Origin: Thermoplasmata archaeon
GTDB lineage: Archaea > Thermoplasmatota > Thermoplasmata > Lutacidiplasmatales > UBA184
Assembly: GCA_022750205.1 (NCBI GenBank)
Contig: JAKIWD010000002.1
Coordinates: 1-54,245 of the forward strand
Length of the DNA stretch: 54,245 nt
Direction of reading: 5' to 3'
The notes under the pieces are model-generated. The model searched no databases, was not told where the DNA came from, and worked only from the letters and a program-made list of their open reading frames with translations. Positions 1-8,018 of this stretch are shown piece after piece. Position 1 is the stretch's first letter. Every line of letters starts with the position of its first letter. The position numbers were made by a program, and so were the translations under genes.

Positions 1-280
1 GACTGCCCGCGGTACTGGCACCGCAGACGGTCACGATCGTCAGCGGAGTTGAGCCTCCTTCGGGCGCACTCGGGGCGTGCAGCGACCCAACGGGCCCCAC
101 CCCGTGGGGAAGACTAGAGCACAGCATCAGAGCGACAACGAAACACGCTCGGAGAGCCCAGGTCCGGACCCCCCAACAATCGCCGCGGACCCGATGCGCC
201 GGCATTCCCCGAATACGGCCCTTAGCGCGCTGGTATCCCATTGGGAGTGGACAGGGCGGTAGGCCCGGTGGCCGACCACC

Positions 281-297
281 AAAAATGAGAATAAAAC
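281..297 (-). terminator. Oligo-T tract on the minus strand downstream of the 379..882 gene; archaeal-style terminator candidate
   Basis: Plus strand reads AAAAATGAGAATAAAA inside GC-rich DNA, i.e. TTTTATTCTCATTTTT on the minus strand, about 80 nt after the minus-strand stop at 379. Confidence 0.3.
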
Positions 298-378
298 GCC
301 CACCCACCATCTCGGGGGACTATCGGGGCTGGGATGGGTCTCCGGGACCCAACAATGGCGGCCGCGGGTCCGCGGTGA

Positions 379-882
379 TCAGTCGACCTGGAGGCGGAAG
401 CGTTCCGCGAGGTCGTTGCCGAACGTGACCAGTGGGTCCAGCGTCTCCGAGTAGGTGGGCCGGAGCAGCATCAATAGCATCGGGTCGCCCTTACGAAGCA
501 CGATCTCGGTGGATTCGAGATGGCTCGGGCCGGGGCTCCATCTGCCGAGATCCTCCGGGCGAAGACTCGCTCGACCGACGCCGTCGAAGACGAGGATGAA
601 CATGTGGCCCAAGTGCACGGCCCCCGCCTCCACACGTCGAAGTAGCACGGCTCGTTTCCAGGCGAGGATCCGCCCATCCGATCCACCCGGGGGGAGGTCC
701 CACCATGGTCCGAGGTACACGCCGGTGTGACGCGAGTAATCCATCGCACCGGCGGCTGCCAGGTCGAGGTACCCGAGCAGTAGCTTCGGTCGGACCGGGG
801 CGAGGAGGTCCTCGGAGCGAATGCGAGTTGCGATCGCCGTCCCGGGATTTCCGGGGACCAGGGTCGAGGGATCCGGGGCCAC
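379..882 (-). CDS. Hypothetical protein (167 aa), no family recognised
   Basis: Complete ORF with G/C-ending codons typical of the real genes here; balanced, non-junk composition (..LLLGYLDLAAAGAMDYSRHTGVYLGPWWDLPPGG..); followed by an oligo-T tract. Confidence 0.55.
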   Translation of the reverse strand: MAPDPSTLVPGNPGTAIATRIRSEDLLAPVRPKLLLGYLDLAAAGAMDYSRHTGVYLGPWWDLPPGGSDGRILAWKRAVLLRRVEAGAVHLGHMFILVFDGVGRASLRPEDLGRWSPGPSHLESTEIVLRKGDPMLLMLLRPTYSETLDPLVTFGNDLAERFRLQVD

Positions 883-956
883 ATGTCGGGGAGACGTCCG
901 GGGTTCTTGACCCTCCCGGTGGCTCCCGAGTGGGAGAGTTCCGCATCACCATGACG

Positions 957-990
957 ATTATATCCACATATGCGTATGAATATGAATATG
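957..990 (+). promoter_or_regulatory. AT-rich promoter/operator region of vapB (TTATAT box plus TCCACATATGCGTATGAATATGAATATG)
   Basis: TTATAT at 957-962 lies about 26 nt before the last of three in-frame ATGs (988). The motif recurs with about 22/28 identity at 2290-2317. Confidence 0.4.
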
Positions 991-1197
991 ACGTCCAAGA
1001 ACGTCGCAATCCGTAAAGACGTGTACGATGCGTTACGCCGAGAAATGCGTGCAGACGAGAGCTTCACCAAGCTTCTCCTCCGACTCATCAACCAACGCGG
1101 CCCCCTGGACGACCTCGCGGGGACCTGGGGCGGAGGGTCCCGGGAGTCGCTCTCTCGCCGATGGCGGAGCCTCCGATTCGGGGGTCGACAGCGATGA
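970..1197 (+). CDS. vapB: VapB-like RHH antitoxin (archaeal DUF217-type); true start probably ATG 988
   Basis: KNVAIRKDVYDALRREMRADESFTKLLLRLI resembles the small archaeal antitoxin family. The stop TGA (1195-1197) overlaps the ATG of the downstream PIN gene (ATGA). Confidence 0.7.
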   Translation: MRMNMNMTSKNVAIRKDVYDALRREMRADESFTKLLLRLINQRGPLDDLAGTWGGGSRESLSRRWRSLRFGGRQR

Positions 1198-1610
1198 AGG
1201 CCCTCGACACACCCGTTCTGCTCGCGATCCTCGAGGGTCGCCCCGAGGGTCGAGGGGTCCTACGCGATCTCGCGGTGGGCGAAGTGTGCACGACAGAGCT
1301 GAACCTCTTCGAGCTCGAGGCGATGGCACGTGCCGACAGCAAAGCCGCCCGGACGCACCGACTCGCCGCGATCGAACGTCTCCGGAGAAAGATCTCGATC
1401 CTCGCCTTCGACGAGAGGGCCTCCCGTATCGCTGCGCGGCTGGCAGCCGATCATAAGGGGGCGACGTCGAGCCTCGGGTGGCTCATCCTCGGAATCCTCG
1501 TCGCCAACGGTGCGAATGAGCTCCTCACCACGGAGTCCGCGCGTTACGTCGTGGGGTCTTCCCCGGTCCGGATTCGGCTAGTCACAAAGAGCAGGCCTCA
1601 GGCTCAATAG
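1194..1610 (+). CDS. vapC: PIN-domain toxin VapC
   Basis: MKALDTPVLLAIL with Asp at position 5, later ELNLFELE acidic motif, size about 138 aa, 4-nt overlap with the antitoxin. The track ORF 1161..1610 carries an upstream extension. Confidence 0.75.
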   Translation: MKALDTPVLLAILEGRPEGRGVLRDLAVGEVCTTELNLFELEAMARADSKAARTHRLAAIERLRRKISILAFDERASRIAARLAADHKGATSSLGWLILGILVANGANELLTTESARYVVGSSPVRIRLVTKSRPQAQ

Positions 1611-1870
1611 TCACGTGTAATGCGTTCCCCCACGTCGTATATGCATTATTTGACGAGCCTCTGTCGAGGTCGAGCGAGTTCGGGCCCCACCGGTCGATCG
1701 GCGACCTGATCTTGGCTGAAGAGGCCATCTGGGTCCCCGCGGCTCATTTATCATGCAATGGTACGGGTAGAATCATGTATAGCGTAACTCACGTGTCTAA
1801 GCGTAGAGAAATGGCCCGCCGGGCGCCGAGCGCGGTGCCTTCGCCGCCCAGCTTCTCTGAGGTGAAGTCG

Positions 1871-1876
1871 TATAAC
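1871..1876 (+). promoter_or_regulatory. TATA-like box (TATAAC) about 25 nt upstream of a G7 run at 1898
   Basis: An AT-rich patch (gtcgTATAACaggagTTATACgaac) directly precedes a long GC-rich ORF-free segment. Confidence 0.3.
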
Positions 1877-1897
1877 AGGAGTTATACGAACAGGTTT

Positions 1898-2165
1898 GGG
1901 GGGGTGCTTGGCCGCGCCTCGGGGGCCCGTAGGGATCGTCCCAGCGCCCACTCGGTGCCGGGACGGGGCTCCTCGACTCGATGCTCGAAGCCAGGTGACC
2001 TACGCCAATCCGCGCAGGTGGTGTCGAGCCCCTGGGCGAGTGAACTGCACCTGGGAGAGGGCGACGAGGTTACCAGGCGCCCAGATGGCGGGGAAGAGCG
2101 ATCGCGGCTTGCCCGATCGAGGGGTACCTCACTACGCTCGCATCCCTGGACTCCAGGTTCACTGA
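1898..2165 (+). ncRNA. Candidate structured non-coding RNA, identity unresolved, ends uncertain
   Basis: No credible ORF between 1611 and 2429. The GC-rich block is flanked by AT-rich patches. An extended imperfect helix pairs 2039-2074 with 2123-2163 (about 28 bp in 4 segments) and closes two small hairpins (2078-2090, 2099-2119). Confidence 0.25.
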
Positions 2166-2289
2166 TTACGTGACTCGACATCCTCAGGGCATCATGTTGG
2201 CAGGGCTCACGGTCCGGACTCCATGGGGCGACGATCACCGGGCGGAACACTGGACCGGCAGGTTCTCCGAGTAATCGACCCAGAGAGAG

Positions 2290-2324
2290 TCCACATATGT
2301 CTATGCATATGCATAATTGTGGAT
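2290..2324 (+). promoter_or_regulatory. AT-rich palindromic element (TCCACA-N22-TGTGGA with central TATGCATATGCATA) upstream of the Kelch/PKD gene
   Basis: The arms TCCACA/TGTGGA are inverted repeats. The first 28 nt are a near copy of the vapB promoter motif at 963-990. Confidence 0.4.
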
Positions 2325-2462
2325 TCGGACCGACGTCAGCAGATCCCGGTTTCGGAGCGGTAACGCCGCTGATCTGATGGCGACAAAGCAATAGAGGTCG
2401 GTGAATTCGTATCGGCGCCACGAGCCGTCGTGGCTGCGTCGCGGGCACCGAGGAGAGAGTTG

Positions 2463-5400
2463 GTGGTAAACTTACGGTACGGCAGAGCCCGAGACGTGCG
2501 ACCGTTCGTCTGGGCCCACCCTCGGACGGCGCGAGCACCGGTTCTGTTGGTCGTGTCGACCTGCCTATTGCTTTGGATTTCCGGAACTGGGGTGGCTTTC
2601 CACACCACGGCCGTCCCACCTCGGGGTCCGCCTCAGCTCGATCGCCTGGGGGCCGAGTCGCCCTCCTTCGGAGCCATTGCTCGGGTCGCTGCGTTGCCCG
2701 GAGGGCACTCGACGGTCGCCCTGTGCGCAGCGCTCGGGGAGAGCGTGCCTTGTGGGCAGACCCCCGCCGCGGGAGCCGTGGGGAACTCGAGTTCGGGGGA
2801 TTGGATCAATCGTACTACCCCGCTTCTGGATGCGCTGGTGGCTTCCTCGGCCATCGCCGGAAGCCTCGCGTACGACCCCGAAGATGGCTACCTCGTCCGG
2901 TTCGGGGGATTCTTTTCCAATTTCGCCTCGTCGGCGACGTGGGGATACCAAAGTGGCGAATGGACGAACCTCACGGCCGGCGCCCAGCCGCCCGCCCGCG
3001 GATTCGCGAGTATGGCCTACGACTACGCCGACGGAGTTCTCGTGTTGTTCGGGGGTTACGACTTCTCGCAAACTTCGCCAGCGGTCCTCGGGGACACCTG
3101 GACATTCGACCACGGCCAGTGGTCGGAGTTGGTCACGTCCCAACAGCCCCCGGCGGGGTTCAGCGGCAGTATGGCCTATGACGCTTCGGAAGAAGGGGTG
3201 GTCCTGTTCGGCGGTACAGCTGGGACATCTGGAACCAACGAGACGTGGTTGTTCCATGGCGGCGCCTGGAGCCAGCTCGCGTTCGGAAAAGCCGCCCCCT
3301 CCGCTCGATACGGAGCGGGCCTTGCCTGGGATTCGGGGGGGAACCGACTGATACTTCAGGGCGGTCATTCGGTCACCTCCAATGGGACCGTTCTGACAAT
3401 CCGCCCACTGTCAGACACCTGGGAGTTCTCGGGGGGAGCGTGGACCAACCTGTCACTGGGGACAGAACCCCCAACCCCCGTCGACGGATTCCAGATGGCG
3501 AACGATTCGCGGGACGCGGAGATCGTGCTCTACGAAACGCTCAACGTGAGCGTTCCCGCCGATGCCGAGACCTGGACGTTCGCCTCCGGCGCTTGGACGC
3601 AACTGGTGACCTCGCTACCGAGCTCGCGAGTGTACCAGGAGATGGCGTTCGACACTGCCGCGGACGAGGTGATCCTGTACGGGCCGGCCACGACAACACT
3701 GCTGACACTTCCCGGCGACGAGACGTGGGGGTTCGAAAGCGGGCAGTGGACCCTGCTCGACAACTTGTCATACCCAGGTCCGCTGGTCGGCCCTGCCGTC
3801 GCCTACGATCCCTCCGATGGCCAGGCGTACGAGTTCGGGGGTCAGGCCACCAGCGGCGCCGTGAACAACCAAACCTGGCGATTCGACGGCCAGCTCTGGC
3901 ACGCGGTCCAGAGCCCGGAGGCACCTTCTGCTCGTGGCCTCGCCTCGATGGTGTACGACCCGGTGCTTGGGGGACTAGTGCTCTTCGGTGGGACTAACGC
4001 AACGGTGACGTTGAGCGACACCTGGCTCATGGCGGGAGGGAGCTGGACTCTCGCGCCGAACTCCTCGAGTGGCCCGACGGCGCGCGCCGAGGCAAGCCTT
4101 GCATTCGACCCGGCGATCGGAAAGACTGTCCTGTTCGGGGGGGTGAACGGCAGTAGTGATGCCCTAAATGACACGTGGACCTACGCAGAGGCCGGCTGGA
4201 CCCAACTCCACACCGCCGCTTCCCCCTCCGCCCGATCCGGGGCGAGCTTGTCGTACGACGTCGCCCGCTCCGAGCTGGTCCTTTTCGGGGGGGCGGGGAG
4301 CACCGGCGGATTCTCGCCCTACCAAGACACCTGGGCCTTCAACGGAACCGACTGGTCACAGCTGCTCCTGAACAGCTCCCCGTCCGCCCGTTCGGAAGCA
4401 CCGATGGCCTACGATCCGGCTCTCGGTGGGGACCTCCTCTTTGGCGGCGGCAACGGGACGAGCGCGCTTGGCGACAGCTGGCTGTTGGGACCTGCGGGGT
4501 GGAAGTTCCTCTCTCCGTCCAGCGCCCCGTCGGCGCGCGCGGCAGCCGATATGTTCTACGACTCCGCCACCGGTTCGGCGTGGCTGGTCTCAGGAATCGC
4601 CCTCATCGACGGCGGAACCGCGCTCGACGTGTACGGCGAGGTCTGGGCTTACGACGCGCTCGATCTGGTCACCACGGTGAATGTCACCACTGGAGAGGCC
4701 CCGCTCCCGGTGGCCTTCACCGCCTCGGCGACCTACGGCGCCGAGCCCTACGTCTACCACTGGTCCTTTGGAGATGGCGACAGCTCCACCGTGGCCAACG
4801 CGGACCATGCGTACGACAAGGGCGGTACCTACCACGCGAACGTCACTGTGAACGACGCATTCGGGCTCGCGGTCTCGTGGACCACGACACTCGTCGCGGA
4901 AGGAGTGGGAGTCACGCCATTGACGGTGTCGATCAACGTCACGCCACTGAGCGGGATCGCCCCCTTGCTCGTGACCTTCACATCCCATGTCGCGGGCGGC
5001 GTGACCCCGTACACGTACTCGTGGGATTTCGGTGATGGCTCCACGCTCGCCGCCGCCAATGGCACACACACGTACGAGGGCGCCGGCGGGTTTCCCGCCC
5101 AGGTGTCGGTCACGGACGTCCTGAAATCGACCGTGTATGCGACGGCGGACATCAACGTCAGTTGGCCCCCGGTCCCGCCGCCGCCCCCGCCCCCCACGCC
5201 GCCCCCCATCGCCGTGGTCTGGGGAGCGGGTGGAGTCACCATCCTCATCACCCCCCTCACGGGGGAAGTGCCCCTCGAAGTCCACTACTCGGCCAACGCC
5301 ACAAAGGCCATTGGGAGCGTGACCTACAACTGGACCTTCGGAGACGGAACGACTGCCTCCGGGCAGTCAGGTACACACACCTACCGATTGGTCGGCACTT

Positions 5401-5687
5401 TCGAGATCATCGCGACGGGCCGGGACAGCGTCGGGGAGACCGCCTCGGCTTTTGCGAACGTGACCGCGACGGCGTCGGGGCCGGCGGGCACGTTGGGCGG
5501 GGGCGGAACGGTGCCGGTCTACGACTTCCTCGCGGTGGCGGTGGCCGGGGCGGTCCTCCTGGCGGTGTTGGCCCTTTGGACCCAGCGGCGCCGCACGGAG
5601 GCGCTTGGAACTGCGGCCCCGGAAGGCCTGCCGAGCGCGGATTCGTCGTCGTCCGAGGATCTCACCGAGCCTCCTGATCCGGGGTGA
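2463..5687 (+). CDS. Large cell-surface protein: signal anchor, about twelve Kelch-type repeats, three PKD modules, poly-Pro linker, C-terminal TM anchor
   Basis: N-terminal VLLVVSTCLLLWISGTG; recurring LVLFGG/VVLFGG/TVLFGG plus DTW/ETW motifs; WSFGDGDSS..HAY..GTY..VTVND, WDFGDGST..HTY, WTFGDGTT..HTY; PPVPPPPPPPTPPP; C-terminal VYDFLAVAVAGAVLLAVLALW-RRR; many N-x-S/T sequons. Start ambiguous: GTG 2430, or TTG/GTG 2460/2463 preceded by GGAG. Confidence 0.85.
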   Translation: MVNLRYGRARDVRPFVWAHPRTARAPVLLVVSTCLLLWISGTGVAFHTTAVPPRGPPQLDRLGAESPSFGAIARVAALPGGHSTVALCAALGESVPCGQTPAAGAVGNSSSGDWINRTTPLLDALVASSAIAGSLAYDPEDGYLVRFGGFFSNFASSATWGYQSGEWTNLTAGAQPPARGFASMAYDYADGVLVLFGGYDFSQTSPAVLGDTWTFDHGQWSELVTSQQPPAGFSGSMAYDASEEGVVLFGGTAGTSGTNETWLFHGGAWSQLAFGKAAPSARYGAGLAWDSGGNRLILQGGHSVTSNGTVLTIRPLSDTWEFSGGAWTNLSLGTEPPTPVDGFQMANDSRDAEIVLYETLNVSVPADAETWTFASGAWTQLVTSLPSSRVYQEMAFDTAADEVILYGPATTTLLTLPGDETWGFESGQWTLLDNLSYPGPLVGPAVAYDPSDGQAYEFGGQATSGAVNNQTWRFDGQLWHAVQSPEAPSARGLASMVYDPVLGGLVLFGGTNATVTLSDTWLMAGGSWTLAPNSSSGPTARAEASLAFDPAIGKTVLFGGVNGSSDALNDTWTYAEAGWTQLHTAASPSARSGASLSYDVARSELVLFGGAGSTGGFSPYQDTWAFNGTDWSQLLLNSSPSARSEAPMAYDPALGGDLLFGGGNGTSALGDSWLLGPAGWKFLSPSSAPSARAAADMFYDSATGSAWLVSGIALIDGGTALDVYGEVWAYDALDLVTTVNVTTGEAPLPVAFTASATYGAEPYVYHWSFGDGDSSTVANADHAYDKGGTYHANVTVNDAFGLAVSWTTTLVAEGVGVTPLTVSINVTPLSGIAPLLVTFTSHVAGGVTPYTYSWDFGDGSTLAAANGTHTYEGAGGFPAQVSVTDVLKSTVYATADINVSWPPVPPPPPPPTPPPIAVVWGAGGVTILITPLTGEVPLEVHYSANATKAIGSVTYNWTFGDGTTASGQSGTHTYRLVGTFEIIATGRDSVGETASAFANVTATASGPAGTLGGGGTVPVYDFLAVAVAGAVLLAVLALWTQRRRTEALGTAAPEGLPSADSSSSEDLTEPPDPG

Positions 5688-5832
5688 GGGGGGCGCCGGG
5701 GTTCCCGGTGATCGCCGGCGGAAGTCGCGTCGCGAACTTGGGCGCGCGCCGTGAGTCGCAGCGGGTGGGAGGGGGTGATATACGTGGTTCGTGTAAGATA
5801 CACTAGTTTGCCCCGGGTCACCGGAGAAACCG

Positions 5833-6804
5833 ATGCTCGCAACACAAGCCAAGAAAATTTGGATGGATGGCAAGCTCGTCGACAACGCCGACGCGAAGAT
5901 CCACGTCCTCAGTCATACGTTCCATTACGGCGTGGGCGTTTTCGAGGGGATCCGGGGCTACCCGACCACGAAGGGGGCGGCCATCTTCCGGCTCAAAGAG
6001 CACGTCCACCGCCTGACCACTTCCGCGCGCCTGTATCATATGCCCATCCAGTACTCGGAGGAGGAGATCGCCCGTGCGATCATCGACACGCAGGCCGCCA
6101 ACGACATCGTGCCGTCGTACATCCGCCCGATCGTCTACCGGGGCGAGCCAGCCTTGGGGGTCAAGAACAACCGGGGCAAGATCTCGCTGGCCGTCGCGGC
6201 GATCCCTGCCAAGAAGTACCTGGGAGAGCAGTCCGAGTCCGGTGTCCGGGCGAAGATCTCCCCGTTCCGAAAACCGCACTCGGATGCGATCCCGTCGTTC
6301 GCGAAGGCCGACGGCAACTACCTCAACAGCTACTTGGCCGGCGTTGACGCCGCCGAGGATGGGTACGAGGAGGCGATCCTGCTCGACCAGAACGGATACG
6401 TCGCGGAGGGAACGGGAGAGAACATCTTTCTCGTGCGCGACGGGACGGTCTACACGCCGGGACTGGAGTCGGATATCCTGCTCGGGATCACCCGGCTTTC
6501 CGTCATCCAGATCGCCCGGGACCTCGGCTACCCGGTCGTCGAGAAGCCGCTCTCGGTGAACGAGCTCCTCACCGCCGACGAGGCGTTCTTTTCCGGGACG
6601 TACGCCGAGATCGCCCCCATTCGGGAGGTGAGCCACTACGTCGTCGGGGATGGCAAACCGGGGCCGATCACCCGCGACGTGATGGAGGCGTTCACGCACA
6701 TCGTCCACGGCGAGGAGCCGAAGTACGATGCGTGGCTGACCCTCGTCGCCGGGACCCTGCCGCGACCGGTCGCCAGGGCCTCACGCCGGACCGCGGCGGC
6801 GTAA
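5833..6804 (+). CDS. ilvE: Branched-chain amino acid aminotransferase
   Basis: KIWMDGKLVDNADAKIHVLSHTFHYGVGVFEGIRGY.. and ..AEGTGENIFLVRDGTVYTP.. are typical class IV aminotransferase signatures. Confidence 0.9.
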   Translation: MLATQAKKIWMDGKLVDNADAKIHVLSHTFHYGVGVFEGIRGYPTTKGAAIFRLKEHVHRLTTSARLYHMPIQYSEEEIARAIIDTQAANDIVPSYIRPIVYRGEPALGVKNNRGKISLAVAAIPAKKYLGEQSESGVRAKISPFRKPHSDAIPSFAKADGNYLNSYLAGVDAAEDGYEEAILLDQNGYVAEGTGENIFLVRDGTVYTPGLESDILLGITRLSVIQIARDLGYPVVEKPLSVNELLTADEAFFSGTYAEIAPIREVSHYVVGDGKPGPITRDVMEAFTHIVHGEEPKYDAWLTLVAGTLPRPVARASRRTAAA

Positions 6805-7242
6805 GAAGCGCGATCCCGGTTGCTGGTCGCTGTCAGGCACCGACGGCGTTCGGGGGTGGTGCGGATGCACCTCGGGGTCGGGTCGGAAGACCAACTCGAT
6901 CCGCAGCCCTTCGGGGCCCTTGAGAAAGAGCGAGCGGGAGGCATCGCGTTCCTTCTCGCCTGATACCTCGATCCGCGCGCGTTTGACGCGACTCTTCAGG
7001 CCCGTCCACGTCGCTACGCGCAGCGCGATGTGGTCGATCCCTCCCGCCCACTCGTTGGGGGCGAGATCGTGCAATCCCAGGACCTGGTCGCCCATCAAGA
7101 GGAACGTGTGGGTCGGACCGTCCCCGAGGATGTTCAGTCCCAACTGGTCGACGAAGAACCGCCGCACCTTGGCGCGGTCGCGCACCTTGATGTCGACGTG
7201 ATCAAACCCGAGCAACTCGATCTGGGAGGCGGGGGGAGTCAC
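6781..7242 (-). CDS. Glyoxalase/bleomycin-resistance/dioxygenase (VOC) family protein
   Basis: LLGFDHVDIKVRDRAKVRRFFVDQLGL.. and ..GIDHIALRV.. are VOC-fold motifs. The 3' end overlaps ilvE by 24 nt in convergent orientation. Confidence 0.7.
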   Translation of the reverse strand: MTPPASQIELLGFDHVDIKVRDRAKVRRFFVDQLGLNILGDGPTHTFLLMGDQVLGLHDLAPNEWAGGIDHIALRVATWTGLKSRVKRARIEVSGEKERDASRSLFLKGPEGLRIELVFRPDPEVHPHHPRTPSVPDSDQQPGSRFLRRRGPA

Positions 7243-7271
7243 GATCGGTCCCTTCGCCGGGGTCCTGGGTC

Positions 7272-7832
7272 CTAGTGCGCCTGGGCGCGGGGCTTCTCGG
7301 GCGGTGTGATCAGCCCCCGCCGCTCGAGGTCGGCCAGGATCTGATCGGCCGCCTGCTCCGCCGACTGCGTGACCGTCTCGATCCGGATCTCCGGGTTCTC
7401 GGGCGCCTCGTAGGGGTCGTCGATCCCGGTCATTTCCTTGATCTTCCCCTCGCGGGCCTTCTTGTAGAGCCCCTTGACGTCGCGCTCCTCGCAGACGTTG
7501 AGCGGCGTCGTGATGTAGACCTCGATGAACTGACCGATGTCCGCGCGCGCCTTGGCACGCGAGGTGGCGTACGGCGAGATGAGCGTGACGATCGGGATGA
7601 CGCCGTTGCGGGCGAGGACCTTGGCGACGTACGTGACGCGCGCCGCGTGCATTTCGCGCGCCTTGCGGTCGAACCCCAGATCCGAGCTGAGACCCATCCG
7701 GATCTCATCCCCGTCGAGCAGCTCGACGTTCCAGCCGCGGGCCTGCAGCTTGGGCACGAGGGCGCGGCCGATCGTCGTCTTCCCGGCGCTGGGCAGTCCC
7801 GTAAGCCAGAGGCAGAAGCCGTGGTGCGTCAT
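7272..7832 (-). CDS. cysC: Adenylyl-sulfate (APS) kinase
   Basis: P-loop LTGLPSAGKTTIG, LDGDEIRMGLSSDLGFD, ARNGVIPIVTLISPY. The track ORF extends to 7889; ATG at 7832 (MTHHGF) gives the usual length. Confidence 0.9.
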   Translation of the reverse strand: MTHHGFCLWLTGLPSAGKTTIGRALVPKLQARGWNVELLDGDEIRMGLSSDLGFDRKAREMHAARVTYVAKVLARNGVIPIVTLISPYATSRAKARADIGQFIEVYITTPLNVCEERDVKGLYKKAREGKIKEMTGIDDPYEAPENPEIRIETVTQSAEQAADQILADLERRGLITPPEKPRAQAH

Positions 7833-8018
7833 CGTTCTCCGCGAGACGCCGCGTGCGACCCGAGGATATCTTGGCTTCGGTAGTCGCAAACGGGCGGGGC
7901 GGACGCGCGCCCCGTGTCAAATCGCAGCGCGGACGCGTGGGCCCGACCGCGGGGTTGTGTTAAATACGACGGTCCGGCAACGAGCGTTGCGAGGCACCTT
8001 CTCGCGCGTCCACGCACC

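Noticed and set aside
1-378. Possible gene fragments at the left edge, including a GGAGG-preceded GTG on the minus strand near position 35
   Set aside because: It is too short to evaluate, and no frame gives a convincing protein sequence.
1898-2165. Identification of the candidate RNA as SRP (7S) RNA or RNase P RNA
   Set aside because: Only a vague Alu-domain-like stretch was found. There is no helix-8 GGAA/AGCA motif, no 5'/3' terminal helix, and no RNase P CR-I (GAGGAAAGUCC)-type sequence. It is kept as an unidentified candidate only.
1712-2619. ORFs 1712..2173 (+) and 1882..2619 (-) in the vapC-Kelch gap
   Set aside because: Both translate to R/P/S-rich sequence without hydrophobic-core periodicity. 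The region is better explained as non-coding, possibly RNA.
5166-5207. C-rich low-complexity tract (CCGCCGCCCCCGCCCCCCACGCCGCCCCCC)
   Set aside because: It encodes the poly-proline linker of the Kelch/PKD protein. It is not a repeat element or a G-quadruplex-type regulatory site of its own.
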